A stretch of DNA of 64,000 nt from Phaeosaccion multiseriatum (taxonomy: Eukaryota; Protista; Ochrophyta, other classes): positions 1,178,001 to 1,242,000 of the forward strand of contig OZ218951.1 in assembly GCA_965112735.1 (NCBI GenBank), written 5' to 3'. Shown piece by piece: positions 1-11,814 of this stretch (positions within the stretch are counted from its first letter, which is position 1; every line of letters starts with the position of its first letter). Position numbers and translations under genes: made by a program. The notes beneath the pieces were generated by a model. It was not told where the DNA came from, ran no database searches, and was given only the letters and a program-made list of their open reading frames with translations.

Positions 1-1395
1 CTCCTCCTCCTCCTCCTCCTCTTCTTCTTCTTCTTCTTCCTTGTCTAGCTGCCTCTGCCGCACAAGCCGGCGTCCGACACCGTCCAAGATGGCCATCGTG
101 GGGTGCATGAGGGGATGATTGCGCATACCGGAGGGCACCCTTGAGAAGGACACGATTTGCTTGTTGGCAGGGTTCACCGCCACCCCGCCAGACACCTTGC
201 AGCGGGCCTCCTTCAGGCTACTACAGCAACACGGAAATGGTGTTGGTTCTGGAGCTGCCCTCACACTCACTACCCCTCCTTCTCCTCCTCCCCCTCCTCC
301 TCCTTCTCCTCCTCCCCCTCCTTCTCCTCCTTCTCCTCCTCCTCCTCCTCCTCCTCCTCCTCCTATTCTTCCTCCTCCTTCTCCCCCTCCTCCTTCTCTC
401 CCTCCTGCTGCTGCTGGTGGTGGTGTTGGTGATAGCGGTCTGCTTCTTTCCTGCCGCTCTCGCTGCTGCTCTTGAGCATCACGTAGTGCGCAGCGCATAT
501 AGTATAGAGTCGCCGCTTCCTCCTGCTCAGTCAGCTTCTGCTCGCTACGTCTGCGTGTCTCGCGTAGGAAGAGAAAGCGAGGCAACCCAGGCAAGCAACA
601 GAGTGCCCAGTTTGGCCAGGGTGTGAGAGGGAGGAAGGTGACATCACCAGAGGGTGTGGGGCTTAGTATTTTGTTTTTCACAACAGGGCACACCCACCCG
701 TATCCATTCCAGCAGGGGTGGGACGCATCGATTGACATTGACTGCCGTACAAGAGCAGCAGGTCGCCTGGTACCAGGACTCCAAAGGTGTGAGTGAACAA
801 GTGCCCAGTGTTGGTCCATTCTTTCCTATCTCAGACCAACTTGACCTCCCAAGCCGCCCTCCATCCCTCAGAGCGAGCTCTGCCACACCTCCTTGCTCAC
901 TCACCTGCTTTCTGCAGCGCTCAGGTTGAAATTCATGGGCCACAAGGCTCTACCCTCCTCAAACTGCGGTCTATTGTAAGGAGCGTACCTCGGGACCTGC
1001 ACCACATCCTCTTCGCCAGGACACACACCGCATGCTGTCTCCAGCTCCTTCCGAACTTCCTCAGACTCAGGCGCCCAGTACTCTTCGGGAGTGGCCAGAA
1101 GGACCGACAGAGACGTAGCCTTGCGGCCTCCACCCCCTTTCTTGCCGCCACTGGTACTGCCGCTGCCGTCGACCTCTTCGTTGCTCTTGCATGCCTTGAC
1201 TCTCTTGAGGTGTTGCATAGCCTGACTACTAAGAGGGAAAGCGTTGGCCAGTCGAGGCATGAGCGCACCCGCCGCCTGAGGACGAATCGCTACCACCACC
1301 ACCTCCATCCGCTCCTTCCATCGGGCTTCCATTTCCTCAGCCTCCCCGTCGCCAATCTCGACCACAAAGCCCGTGGACCCCTCTTCCTCACTCAT
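1..1395 (-). CDS. TAD3: tRNA-specific adenosine deaminase non-catalytic subunit (TAD3/ADAT3-like), spliced, runs off the window start
   Basis: Exon 1 (ATG 1395 to about 905, donor GTGAGT) encodes QHLKRV and VPRYAP..R.QF...WP. A downstream exon near 60-130 reads NHPLMHPTMAILDGVG, matching the ADAT3 HPL.H..M.ID motif with no catalytic Glu. Confidence 0.8.
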
Positions 1396-1898
1396 GATAT
1401 CCCTACCACCCTCAAATATACCCGGGAGGGTCCGTCGAGTTGGGGATAAGAGGGGAAAGGGGAGAGAGAGGAGGGGAAGGTGGGGACAGGAAAGGTGTTT
1501 TCCCCCCCGTTGTTTTCTTCCCGAAGGGCCGAAGGGATTGCCAGTTCGGCAGGAACTACCAGCTAGCTTCAGCAGCTTATAACGATCATATCCCACGCTA
1601 ACGTTAGCCCACTCCTCTCCCTCTTCCAGGATCCACACCGATCGCGGGAAATCCGAGTAAGGCAGCGAATTTCGCCGAGATGAAACTCAAACTGGATTTC
1701 CTCCCTTCCCCTCCTCGCTCATCATCGCTCTTCACGGCGTATACGCGCCGTATAGGCACCCCTCCTTCGCCTGCTCTCCCTTCTCATCGTATCCCTTTCC
1801 ATCCCTCTTCCGAAGGCTTGCTTTGGACCAAGGGCCGGCAAGAAATCGGCACCAGGCTCGCAACAAGGGAAAGGGTGTGCCGTGGACGCACAACAAGA

Positions 1899-4800
1899 AT
1901 GTCCATCAGAGAAGACCCGTCGTTCACCTTGAGTGGCAATACCTTCATCCAGCAAGCGCTTCGGCAAGGCAGACGGGTGGATGGCCGCTCCATTCTCCAG
2001 ATGCGACAGCTGCGCCTGGGCTTCACCCGCGTAGAGTCCGAGGCATCGGCAGAGGTACAACTTGGGCGGACTCGAGTCCTCGCGGTGGTTAGCTCGGAGA
2101 TTGTGCCACCCTTTCCAGATCGGCCTGCAGAGGGCTTCCTCTTCTTTGCAGTGGCGTTCACGGCGATGGCGGCGGAGGCGGTGGGGCATGACAGAAGCTC
2201 GCCCTTCGCTGTCGAGATCACTCGCATCATCGAGAGGGCTGTGAGGGACAGCCAGGCGCTGGATACGGAGGCGCTGGTGAGTTTGAGTTTGAGGCTCAGA
2301 GGGAGAGAGAGATGTGGAGCTGAGGGTTTGTTCGAGTGTTTGCGGGTGTGGGTGAGAGAGAGGGGTTTTCTGGCTGGGGCAGGTCCACGGAGGGAGAGAG
2401 ACGGATAGAGAGAGAGAGAGAGAGGGAGGGACGGGTAGAGAAAGAAGGACAGAGAGCGAAGATAAGAGCAAGGGGGCGGAGGTGAGGAGGAGGAGATGAA
2501 GCGACCTCCCCCACGGGATTGGGCCTTTTCCTTCTGGCCTTTCCTACAGGAAATCCGGTGCCCTTTTGTCTCCAACTGTGACCCCCCCCCCCCTCCCCTG
2601 TTTCGTTTTTACCCGACAAACATACAGTGCATTGTGTCAGGAGAGAAGGTGTGGCAGATCCGCTGCGATATTCACGTACTTGATCACGGAGGTGAGTCAC
2701 GGTATGGGGTTGATGCCATGCCCCTCGATGGGTAAGGGCTAAGGCTACACTTATGGTCAAAGCCGATGCACCCTTGGGCGTGGAAGCGATGAAGCGGTTC
2801 ATGTCACCCTCACTGACTTGCGCAGCGTGCCTTTCGTTGCTTGGATCAAGACATGGAGGGGCTTCGTTCCCCAGTTGCTTCTTTCTCTTGTCTCCTCAAG
2901 CGGTGATCTTCCCTTCCCTTCACGCCATCACCACCACCACCACCTCCTCCGCCTCGTCCTCTTCCTCGTCGTCGTCATTCATCATCCTTCTCCTTTTCGC
3001 TCAGGAAATATAATCGACACGGCAGTCCTTGCCACCATGGCCGCTCTCCAGCACTTTCGACGCCCCCAGACGAGCATAGACGGCACGCAGGTATAATGTA
3101 ACGCCGTGCACTAGTGCAATCGTAATGTAACGCCGTGCACTAGTGCAATCGTAATGTAACGCCGTGCACTAGTGCAATCGTAATGTAACGCCGTGCAGTA
3201 GTGCAATCGTATGTGGCAGAGAATCCCGCGGGAAATTGAGTATGGCACGGAGGAGAGAGTGTGAGAGTGTGATTGCGGCCTTTGATCTTACTCTGCCTTC
3301 TCCGTCCCTCCCTCCGTCCCTCCCTCCCTCCCTACCTGCCTCACTCTCTCTCTGCCTCCATCTCCTTCTCTCCCTCTCTCTTACCCTCCCTCCCTCCCTC
3401 TCTCTCTCTCTCTCTCCCCTCTCTCTTCTCAGGTGATAACCCACCACAGCGACGACAAGGAGTCTCAGCCCCTCGCCCTGCACCACATCCCCCTGAGCAT
3501 TACTTTTGGGCTCTTCGAGGACGATGGCAGCGGCATGCCACCCAAGAAAGCCAACACACAAGGGGACGACAAAGGAGGGGGACCTGCTGCAGTTGGTGGT
3601 ACAGCAGCAGGAGCACCCGGAGGCGGGGGGGACTCCGGAGGGCCGGGAGGATCAGGGGTGGCTGCCTACATGGCGATTGATCCCCAGCTGGAGGAGGAGG
3701 AGGTGATGAAGGGAAGGGTGACGTTTTGCCTCAATGTGCATAAGGAGCTGTGTGCACTGCACAAGAACGGAGGGACAGCAATGACGGCAGATGACATGCT
3801 TTACTGCGCTAGAGTGGCTGCTGACAGGTGCGCGGGGGACGGGGTGGGGGAGGGAGGAGGGGAGGAGAGAAGGAGGGGAGGGGAGGGGAGGGGAGGGGAG
3901 GGGAGGAGGAGGGGGAGGACGGAGGACGGAGGAGGAGGAGGAGGAGGAGGAGGAGGAAGAGGAGGAGGAGGGGAAGGAGGGGAAGGAGAAGGACGAGGGC
4001 GGGGAGAAGGAGGATTAGGGGGGGGGGAGAGAAGGAGGACTGAGGGGGGGGGGAGAGAAGGAGGACTGAGGGGGGGGGGAGAGAAGGAGGACTGAGGGGG
4101 GGGGGCAGGGGGAGGAGTAACGTCCTGTGAAGAGTTTGCTGCTTTGCCACTCCTCTGGTGTGTGCACGGAGGCCATGCCGATGGCATGTTCTCTGCCTTG
4201 CTTTTGGCCTGCTGTCAGCGGTTACAGAAGGCCCCATTCCCCTCCTTGCCGTCTCCCCCCCCCCGCTGCCCACACGCCTCTCCTCCTTCCTCCCCTCTCC
4301 CTGCCCCTCCCCCCCGCCTCTCCTCTCCCTCTCTCACTGCGGTACCGTACATACATAGGGTGGTACAATTGCACACCATGCTCGCAGACGGTCTCCTCCA
4401 AGCGGACACCAAGGCAAGAAAGGAGCAACAAGAGAGGCTGCGGGGCAGTGCCGCAGCAGCCGCAGCCAGAGGAGGAGGAGGAGGAGGAGGAGGAGGAGGA
4501 GGAGGAGGAGGAGGAGGAGGAGGAGGAGTAGCCTCGGGCTTGGCACGGAGCTCACCCTATGGTGTGTCCAAGACATCAGAGGACATAGACAAGGCGGTGA
4601 AGCAGGGAGAGAAGGGGCAGCAGGGGGGGATGGTGGGGAGCGATGGAGACACGTGGAAGCTCTTACCGGAGCTGAAGGTGAGCGGATGGGAGTGAGTGAG
4701 GGAGTGAGTGAGTGAGTGAGTGAGTGAGTGAGTGAGTGAGTAAGTGAGGGCTTGTGTTGATTTGGTTGTCTATACGAGGCGAGAGCGCCGTTTGTCTCAA

Positions 4801-5733
4801 GGGGCTTGGGGATGGCACGATCCTTGTTTATGGTCTATGAAACTGAAACCCTAAACTTGATGACATCTGATGAGCTCAGTTCTGCTGCTTCCTCCATGTG
4901 GGTGGATCTGTGTGGAGAGGGAGGGAGGCGAAGGAGCCCTTTCACTTACTTGACTCACATATTCTGCACCTCTTGCTTTTTGTATGCGTGTATATGTATG
5001 TATATGCCTTCTTCGTATACATATATATGTGCCTTCTTCACTGCGGTGGTTATGTGTTGACAGCACTTGGGCTATGACGACCTTCACACAACGGGCAGAG
5101 TGCGGGAGGAAGACGAGAAGGGACAGAGAGGCAGGGGGGGGGCTTTAGAGGGGTCAGCAGCTCAGAGCTCGAAACTGTTTGCAGCCATGGCCAAGGCAGC
5201 TCGGCACGCGGAGGAGCGGATGGCAGTGGATGGGGGAGGAGGAGGAGGAGGAGGAGGAGGAGGAGGAGGAGGAGGAGGAGGAGGAGGAGGAGGAGGAGGA
5301 GGAGGGGGAGGAGGAGCTGCGAGTGATGCGGCGGATGGTGAGTTGGACGCCTTGTTGGCAGAGACAAGTCCTGCAGTGACGGAAGAGGGAGGAGGAGGAG
5401 GAGGAGGAGGAGGGGGGGAGGAGGGCGAGGGTGAATCCGGCTGCTGACATGGAACTCGACGCGCTTCTCGCAGAAACCGTGGTCCCTGGGGGGGGGCAGC
5501 AGCGGAGAGCAGGTGGAGGCGGAGGAAGAGGAGGAGACGGCGGCATGGGTGTGGGTGGAGATGCCCTGGATGAGTTTGATAGCGTAGCAGCGGCAGGAGC
5601 AGGATCAGGAGCAGGAGCGGCGGCAGGGACAAAGCGTAGCAAGAAGAAGGCAGGCAGAGATAGCGATGGCAGTGACAGCGAGGAAGATGCCACCGTGGTG
5701 CTTCAGGGAGAGTTCAGCACAGGAGGAGGATGA
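1899..5733 (+). CDS. RRP45: Exosome complex component RRP45 (RNase PH family), about 6 exons
   Basis: Exons at about 1899-2276, 2628-2691, 3005-3090, 3433-3827, 4359-4677 and 5064-5733. Motifs: R.DGR, EVQLGRTRV, P.PDRP.EG, LDTEALCIVSGEKVWQIRCDIHVLDHGGNIID, LQHFRRP, PLALHHIPLSITF, ELCALHKNGG. There is an apparent frameshift near 5410-5430. Confidence 0.92.
3094..3209. repeat. 29-bp tandem repeat x4 with palindromic core TGCACTAGTGCA (RRP45 intron 3)
   Basis: Unit TAATGTAACGCCGTGCACTAGTGCAATCG read directly four times; the last copy has one substitution. Confidence 0.95.
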
Positions 5734-6814
5734 GGAGAGAAACAAGCAGTAGAAGCAGGAGGACAGGAAGAGCAACACGCCGCGGGTGGCAGTGCTTGTG
5801 GTGGTCTCCTCAGGAGCAAACAAGGACAAGAGCAAGAGAGAACAAAATGGACCGAAGGGGCACTGGCGTCGCCTCTTTACAACAATCTTCCTCTTTTTCT
5901 TTGCCTTCCTGCGCCCCTTGGTCCTTTTCGACGGCCTGTCCCCCACGCCGCCGTTGCTTTGCCGTGCCTCTCTCTCGCCAGGCCCCGTTTCCCACTCCTG
6001 AACATGGCAGTTTCAGATTATCGGGCTGGAGAACCTTCCTCCTTCCCCTTCTTATATTTCTCGTTTTATGTAAATGTTGATTTGCGGCAACGCATTGGGA
6101 GAAAAGCACTTCTTTCTCCCAATGGGCAACGGTGTTGCCTAGTTCCGCCTTCTCCTCCTCCTCATCACCAACCGCCCCTGCCCTCATGAGTGGTCGTCCG
6201 ACAAGCTTAGTCCTCCATCCACCAAAGCTCGGGAGGAAAGCAGGTGCCCATGATGATGAAAGCTTCTGGAGGGGGGTTGGAAGAAGACCGACTCTTCCCC
6301 CCACCCACCCAAGTGTTCACATACACACACACACACACAAACAGTTCAAAATGTAGATACCGCCTGGTGCGGCTATGCTACTACTGCTGCTGCTGCTGCT
6401 GATGCCCCCCCCCCCTTTGCTGCCCGCGCAGCCTTCTCCTCCCTCTCACTCCTTCCTTCTGCTCTGCCTTTCTCTCCCCACAGGGGCTCGACACTCCTTG
6501 TCGACTTGTCCTGGACTCAGTCAGACATACGACCCCAGCCAGGTAGGATTCTCTCCAAAACTCATCACAACTGGCTTGTTGTACCACCACAAGAACAGTA
6601 TAGGCACAAGTCGATCGAAGAGGCGAGAGGCAGCGAGAGAGACGAGAGAAGAGCCCTTTTCCCCCCTCCCTCCGCCCTTCCCTCGCCCCGCTTGCCGGGC
6701 AGACAGCCGAAGCTGCAGGCAGGCAGCCGGGCACTTCCTGTCCTGCTGCTTGTAAGCCTGTCGGTCTGCCTGGGGGACTGGCTGCCTGCCGGCCTGCATG
6801 CCTGCCTGTGCCAG

Positions 6815-8279
6815 TTATTCCAGATTGAATGCCGATCTGTAGCCGCTGGTGATGGTCTCAATACTCATGAGGATGATCATTGCGTGTGGCGCACAGCGAC
6901 CGTAGTAGGCCGTGAAGCCCGTCCAAAAAGCAAACACGCCCTCCTTGCGGAAGATCGACATGGCACAGTCCGCGAGACCCGTGTAAGGCATGACTCCCTT
7001 GCTGTTCGGTTTCATGTCTTGCATCCTTGACTTGAGCATGTCAAAGGGCAGCGAAAAGGCCGCTGCGGTAAAGCCGGCGATGCAGCTAGAGGATAGCTTG
7101 GTGCCCATGCTGGGCTTCTTGGGGTCCGTATCCCCAAATACACTCATCATTTGCGCCTTTGCTTGGTCGTAGCATGCCATCATACCCACGTTCATTGACA
7201 TACCTCGAAGAATGTTGGGGGCCAAACCTGCGTAGAGAGAACCCACCCCCTCCTCGCTCGCGCACCGCTTCAGCGCATCAAACACATTCTTGTAGTACCG
7301 TCGCTCAGATTTTGGCTTCATTGAATCAGACTGCATTCGCACCAGCGCCACGTCGAAGGGTGTCCCAATTGTCACCGCGATGCCTCCCGAAGTCATGCCG
7401 GACGCCACTTTTTGGTAAAAAGGAAGCTCGTGCCCCTTGTTGGCCGCCTGTAGTTTGTCACTGAAGGTGCGGTGTAACCCGATTCGAGCAGTGCCGTAAA
7501 TGGCCTGCCGCATGAGGGCTGCTGTGAGCCCTGCGTATATGGACGACACACCCTCCTCCTTTATCATCTTTGAGAGCAGCACTGGGAAGCTCGGCTTGGG
7601 AGCATCGGGGTTCAGCGTTGCCATGAGCTGTATCCTAACCTTGGACAAGTCTATTGGGTGGATCTGTTGGTTTTGGTCATGGAAATTGGCAAATTGGTCA
7701 TTGTTAGTAAATGGTGGTGGGGGGGGGGTGGGGTCGGTTGCCATGGGAAAAACTACTCACACACACATACCACACAAGCGGAAAGCACGGGCACACAAGT
7801 GGAGGAAAGCAATCCAGCAAGAGTAGCAGTGGAATTGAACAACCAAGGGAGGCTCAGTTGATTGTGCACCACCCCTAAAAACAAGCGGTATTGTACGACG
7901 TGTCTTTCTTCGTTGGCCGGTGGCCGAGCGAGCACTAGTTGGTTGGCTGGATGAAGGAAAGCCATGGTGGGGCACTACTACTCAGGGAGACGATATACTG
8001 CTCCTTCTCTCCGATTCAGACGGCGGACAGGCAGGGCATGCCCATGAGCAGCAGCGGAAGGGCACAACACGCCAGCAGGGCTTTCGAAAGAGGGAACATC
8101 CAAGCCCACTCTTCAGATCCACCCATCTCTCTGGCTTTCTCTCAGCAACCCACGAAACCTTTAGTTTCAATCCAATTTCACTCGGTTCCACGCCACTGCC
8201 CCGCCGTTGCACTCACCACTGAGGAAGCAAAGCACGCTGCCATGCCACCGCACACGAACGGTTGCACCGCTTCCGCCAT
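6815..8279 (-). CDS. Mitochondrial 2-oxoglutarate/malate (dicarboxylate-type) carrier, SLC25 family, 2 exons
   Basis: Exon 1 8279-8217 (MAEAVQPFVCGGMAACFASSV|GTGAGT) joins exon 2 7663-6815 (IHPIDLSKVRIQ). There are three Px[DE]xx[KR]xR signatures plus RQAIYGTARIG, RMQSD and YYGRCAPHAMI, typical of OGC/DTC carriers. Confidence 0.92.
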
Positions 8280-8712
8280 CTCTCCTCCTCGAAACAAAGG
8301 TTGAGACCCTCCCTTTCCCCACCCAGCACCCTCTCCAGCGATCCCTCGCCGCAGTGGAAGCTAGCAGCGCCTCTTCTCTGCCTGTGTGTCGAGAGGTACA
8401 GCAGAGAATTTAGGTGGAGGGCATAGTGACGTGAAGAGGGGAATTTTCGGGATCAGGGTTTTCTTCACAGAGATCCACCCAGCCCCACTGGATGCACTCA
8501 CGTCAAGGCTCACCTTCTTTTGCTGAAGGCTTTTGTGGTGTGCTGCGAGTTATGGTGGGGTTATCGTCGTAATATTTATTTGATTGTACGCGGGAGAGAC
8601 CAGAGAGGGGGAGGGGGGGCGCCCGGGGTTTTTCCATGACATACTAATTGAATACATAATGGGCGCGGGTGAGAAGAGAAGCAGAGGGGGGCGTGAGAGA
8701 GGGTGTGGGTCG

Positions 8713-10760
8713 ATGTCGTCTGTTGATGCGGACAGTAGTGAGGCTGCGGAGGAGGTGACCGGAAAGGAGGAAGGAGCGAACTTCGACCGCTTCCTCGCTA
8801 GTCGTATCTTGCCTGTGGTGGAGGGGCGCTGCTCTCTGGAGAGGAGCTTAGGCACGCTTCTCGATCTACAGGCGCTCCTGCGGGGCGAGGCAGTGGTAGC
8901 AGCAGCTGTGGGGGCTACGGCACACGCTGATGGCGAGGCACTTACGGCATGGGGCCTTTCAGCGGAGGGCAAGTTGGGGAGTGAGCTGACCCCGCCACAA
9001 GCGCGGAGCTTGGCCAACGCGCTGCTACACAACACCGTTGTGCGAGAGCATCCGCTCCACAGCTCTCCAGGATGGGGTCAGGCGGTGAACGCCACCATTG
9101 CGGCCGCTTCTTGCTCCCCGCTTTGTCCCTCCTTTCCTCGGGCATGCGCTGGGGCACTGGCGTCTCCAGCGAACAATAGCCGGGCCAAGGTGGCGGCGCT
9201 AAAGGCCACATGTGTCGTCATTGGCAGCGCCACACGCACAGGGGTCAGCGGTAGCAGCAGCAGTAGGCGGAGGAGGCAGAGAGGCGGAGACACCATAGCA
9301 GAGGGCGAGAGAGCAGCAGCAGCGGGGGAGGGGGACGAGGGAGAGCCTGCTGTTGACACCGTCGCCGCCGCCGCCTCCGGGGAGGAGGGAGTGACAGCAG
9401 CGCAAGCAGCAGCAGACGCAATAGCCAAGGGAGACTGGTTCGCAAAGCTGGTCCTGCTGCAGGCCTCGTTACTGGACGATGTGATACGCTTGGGCGGAGG
9501 GCTGCACAAGAAGGCAGCTTGGGTGGGGCGAGGTGCCCTCCTGGGCTTCTTGCACAGGAACCCTGTGCTTCTGAGCTTTTACCTCGACATTCTGGCTCCT
9601 ACTGCTCCCGCTTCTACGGCTGCTGCTACTGCTGGGAATTTCGCGTTGTTGGGGGTGCTGACCCAAGCCAGTCTGGATATGGAGCCGGAGGAGTTCGCCA
9701 AGGAAGGAGGCGTGCAGGCGCGGCTGATTGACATCTATGTGCGGGAGGTATTGTCTGCCAAGGCTGGCACCAGTGACGTGCACATCCTGGACAGCTGGGC
9801 GCCCCTGCTGCGCTCGTTGAACACCCAGCATGTCTCTTCCACTAGCACCATCATTACCGTCCTGGAGAAACTTCTCAAGAAAAACCCCGACAGTGTGCTA
9901 CCCACGGTCACTGCGATGGTGAATGCCCTACCCCTACCTTCATCATCAGAGGAGAGCAAGGGATTGGACGTCGGGGTGGACCTATCTCCCGTGGCAACTT
10001 CGGTCTTCTTCCCTTCCGTCCTCCGGCAGCTCCGCTCTGCCAAGGAGCCAGTCCGCGCGTTGGCGCTTCGCCTCACCTCACAGTTGGCGCACCACTGCGC
10101 AGACCCCGCCGTGCTGCTGGAGCTGAGTTCGCAGCTACTGGGGGTGCTGCAGGGGGGTAGCGGGGTGCTATCGCAGTGGTATCAGCGCTACTGCGTCCTC
10201 TCGGCTCTACGGCAGGTGCACCGACACGCACACACACACGCCAACGCCGACGACACCGCCGACGGCTCCGCCGTGCCTGAGCGGGAAGCGGCGCTACAGG
10301 AGATGGCGCGGTCTGCCCTCGTGGCCCTCCTTCCCGTGGTGGAGAAGGAGTCCGTCGAGGCCGCCAAGGGGCAGGGCCTGCGATGCCTGGTGGACTGCCT
10401 CCTCCACCTGCCTCCTGGAGAGGGGGAGGCCGAGTGTGGGCCAGTATTTGCGGCCCTCGCCAAGGGAGTAGCGTCGACCTCGAGCCCAAAGCCCATCGCC
10501 ACGGCCTACCTTGCCTGCGTGGCCCGGTTGCTGAGGAGCGGTCGAGCGGACTACGAGGGACAGCTGCTGCAGTGCTCGCCGAGTCTCATTCCGGCATTGG
10601 TCAAGAGGGTCGGCGAGGCGGAGCGGAAACCATCGGTGTTTCATCCTGATGCGCTTGTGGCCGCCTCGGTGCTTCTTCGCCTCAAGCTCGCGCAGGACGA
10701 CAGCTCTGGAGAAGGAGGTGAGACTCTCCTCCTTCTCTTTCTCTCTCGATGTCTATCTGC

Positions 10761-10791
<31 letters not shown>

Positions 10792-11781
10792 ATTAGGGCG
10801 GGGCGGGGCTCCACTCCACTCCACGCCACGGCGTCTCGTCCTTTTGGCCTTTGGTTCCTGCTGCTCCCTCCTGTTGCTCTTTCGTTTCCGGGCAGGGCAT
10901 CACCATACCTAACCACCCGCTCTTGTTGGGTACATGTGCGCTCCTGTCTCTCTCTCTGTCGCTTCGTTCGCCTTTTCCCATCGCAGGAGGAGGAGGAGGA
11001 GGAGGAGGAGGAGGAGGAGGAGGAGGAGGAGAGGGGTTCTCCTTTCCCTGGAAGAGCGTGGCAAACGAAGCCTCTTTCCTGTACCCGCCACAAGCCGTCA
11101 TGGGAATGAGAAGCAGCCGCAAGCAGTACAGCGACGGCTCCACCGCAGTACCACTAGAAGGAGGAGGAGGGACAGCAGGGGAAGAGGACTCAGGCGCTCA
11201 CGTGGAGGAGGCCCTGGTGGGCCTCATTGATGCATTTTACCTCATAGCATCAACACCGGAGTTTGCCAGCGAAGCGAAGCTCTGGCCTGCTTCAAGCAGC
11301 AGCTGCTGCAGCAGCAGCAGTGGCTGTAGTGCTAGTGCTAGTGGCGAGGCGGCGGCAGCGTCAACAGCGCTCTGCTCCAGCTTGATGAGGCTTTCTCTGC
11401 ACGCACTCATGCCGGTACGAGGAGCCGCCCTCCAGGTAGTAAGTGCCATTTGTGAGGGCAGCACCAGCAGGAAGGAAGACATGTCGACAGCGCTGAGGAG
11501 AGAAGTCTACCGTCTCGAGGAGGCGGAGGTGGCGAGGAAGGCAAAGGCAGCACAGACGATTCCCTCTACCGACAACAAGGAGGACTCGTCTCCCTCCTCC
11601 TCTTCCGGCCCTGTTCCTTCTAATCGGCTTCTGGTGGCGCTTAGAGTCATCATCGGTGGGGGCTGCGGTTGCGGCATGGAGGAGGATGCCAAGCCGCAGG
11701 TTTCTGCACTGAATTTGGCGGTTGCGCTGTTCCTCGCGCACCACCCTCTCGTCACTGGCGGTAGCAGCAGCAGCAGCAGCG

Positions 11782-11814
<33 letters not shown>

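Noticed and set aside
119-626. Poly-Pro, poly-Leu and poly-Ser ORFs on the + strand, and many similar ones across the window
   Set aside because: They are antisense or off-frame readings of GGA/CCT repeats in real genes or introns.
3094-3209. CRISPR-like 29-bp palindromic repeats
   Set aside because: The units are contiguous with no spacers, there are no cas genes, and the context is a eukaryotic intron.
7664-7744. ORF-track N-terminus MATDPTPPPP of the carrier
   Set aside because: It is intron read-through. The true first exon (QPFVCGG..) lies at 8279-8217.
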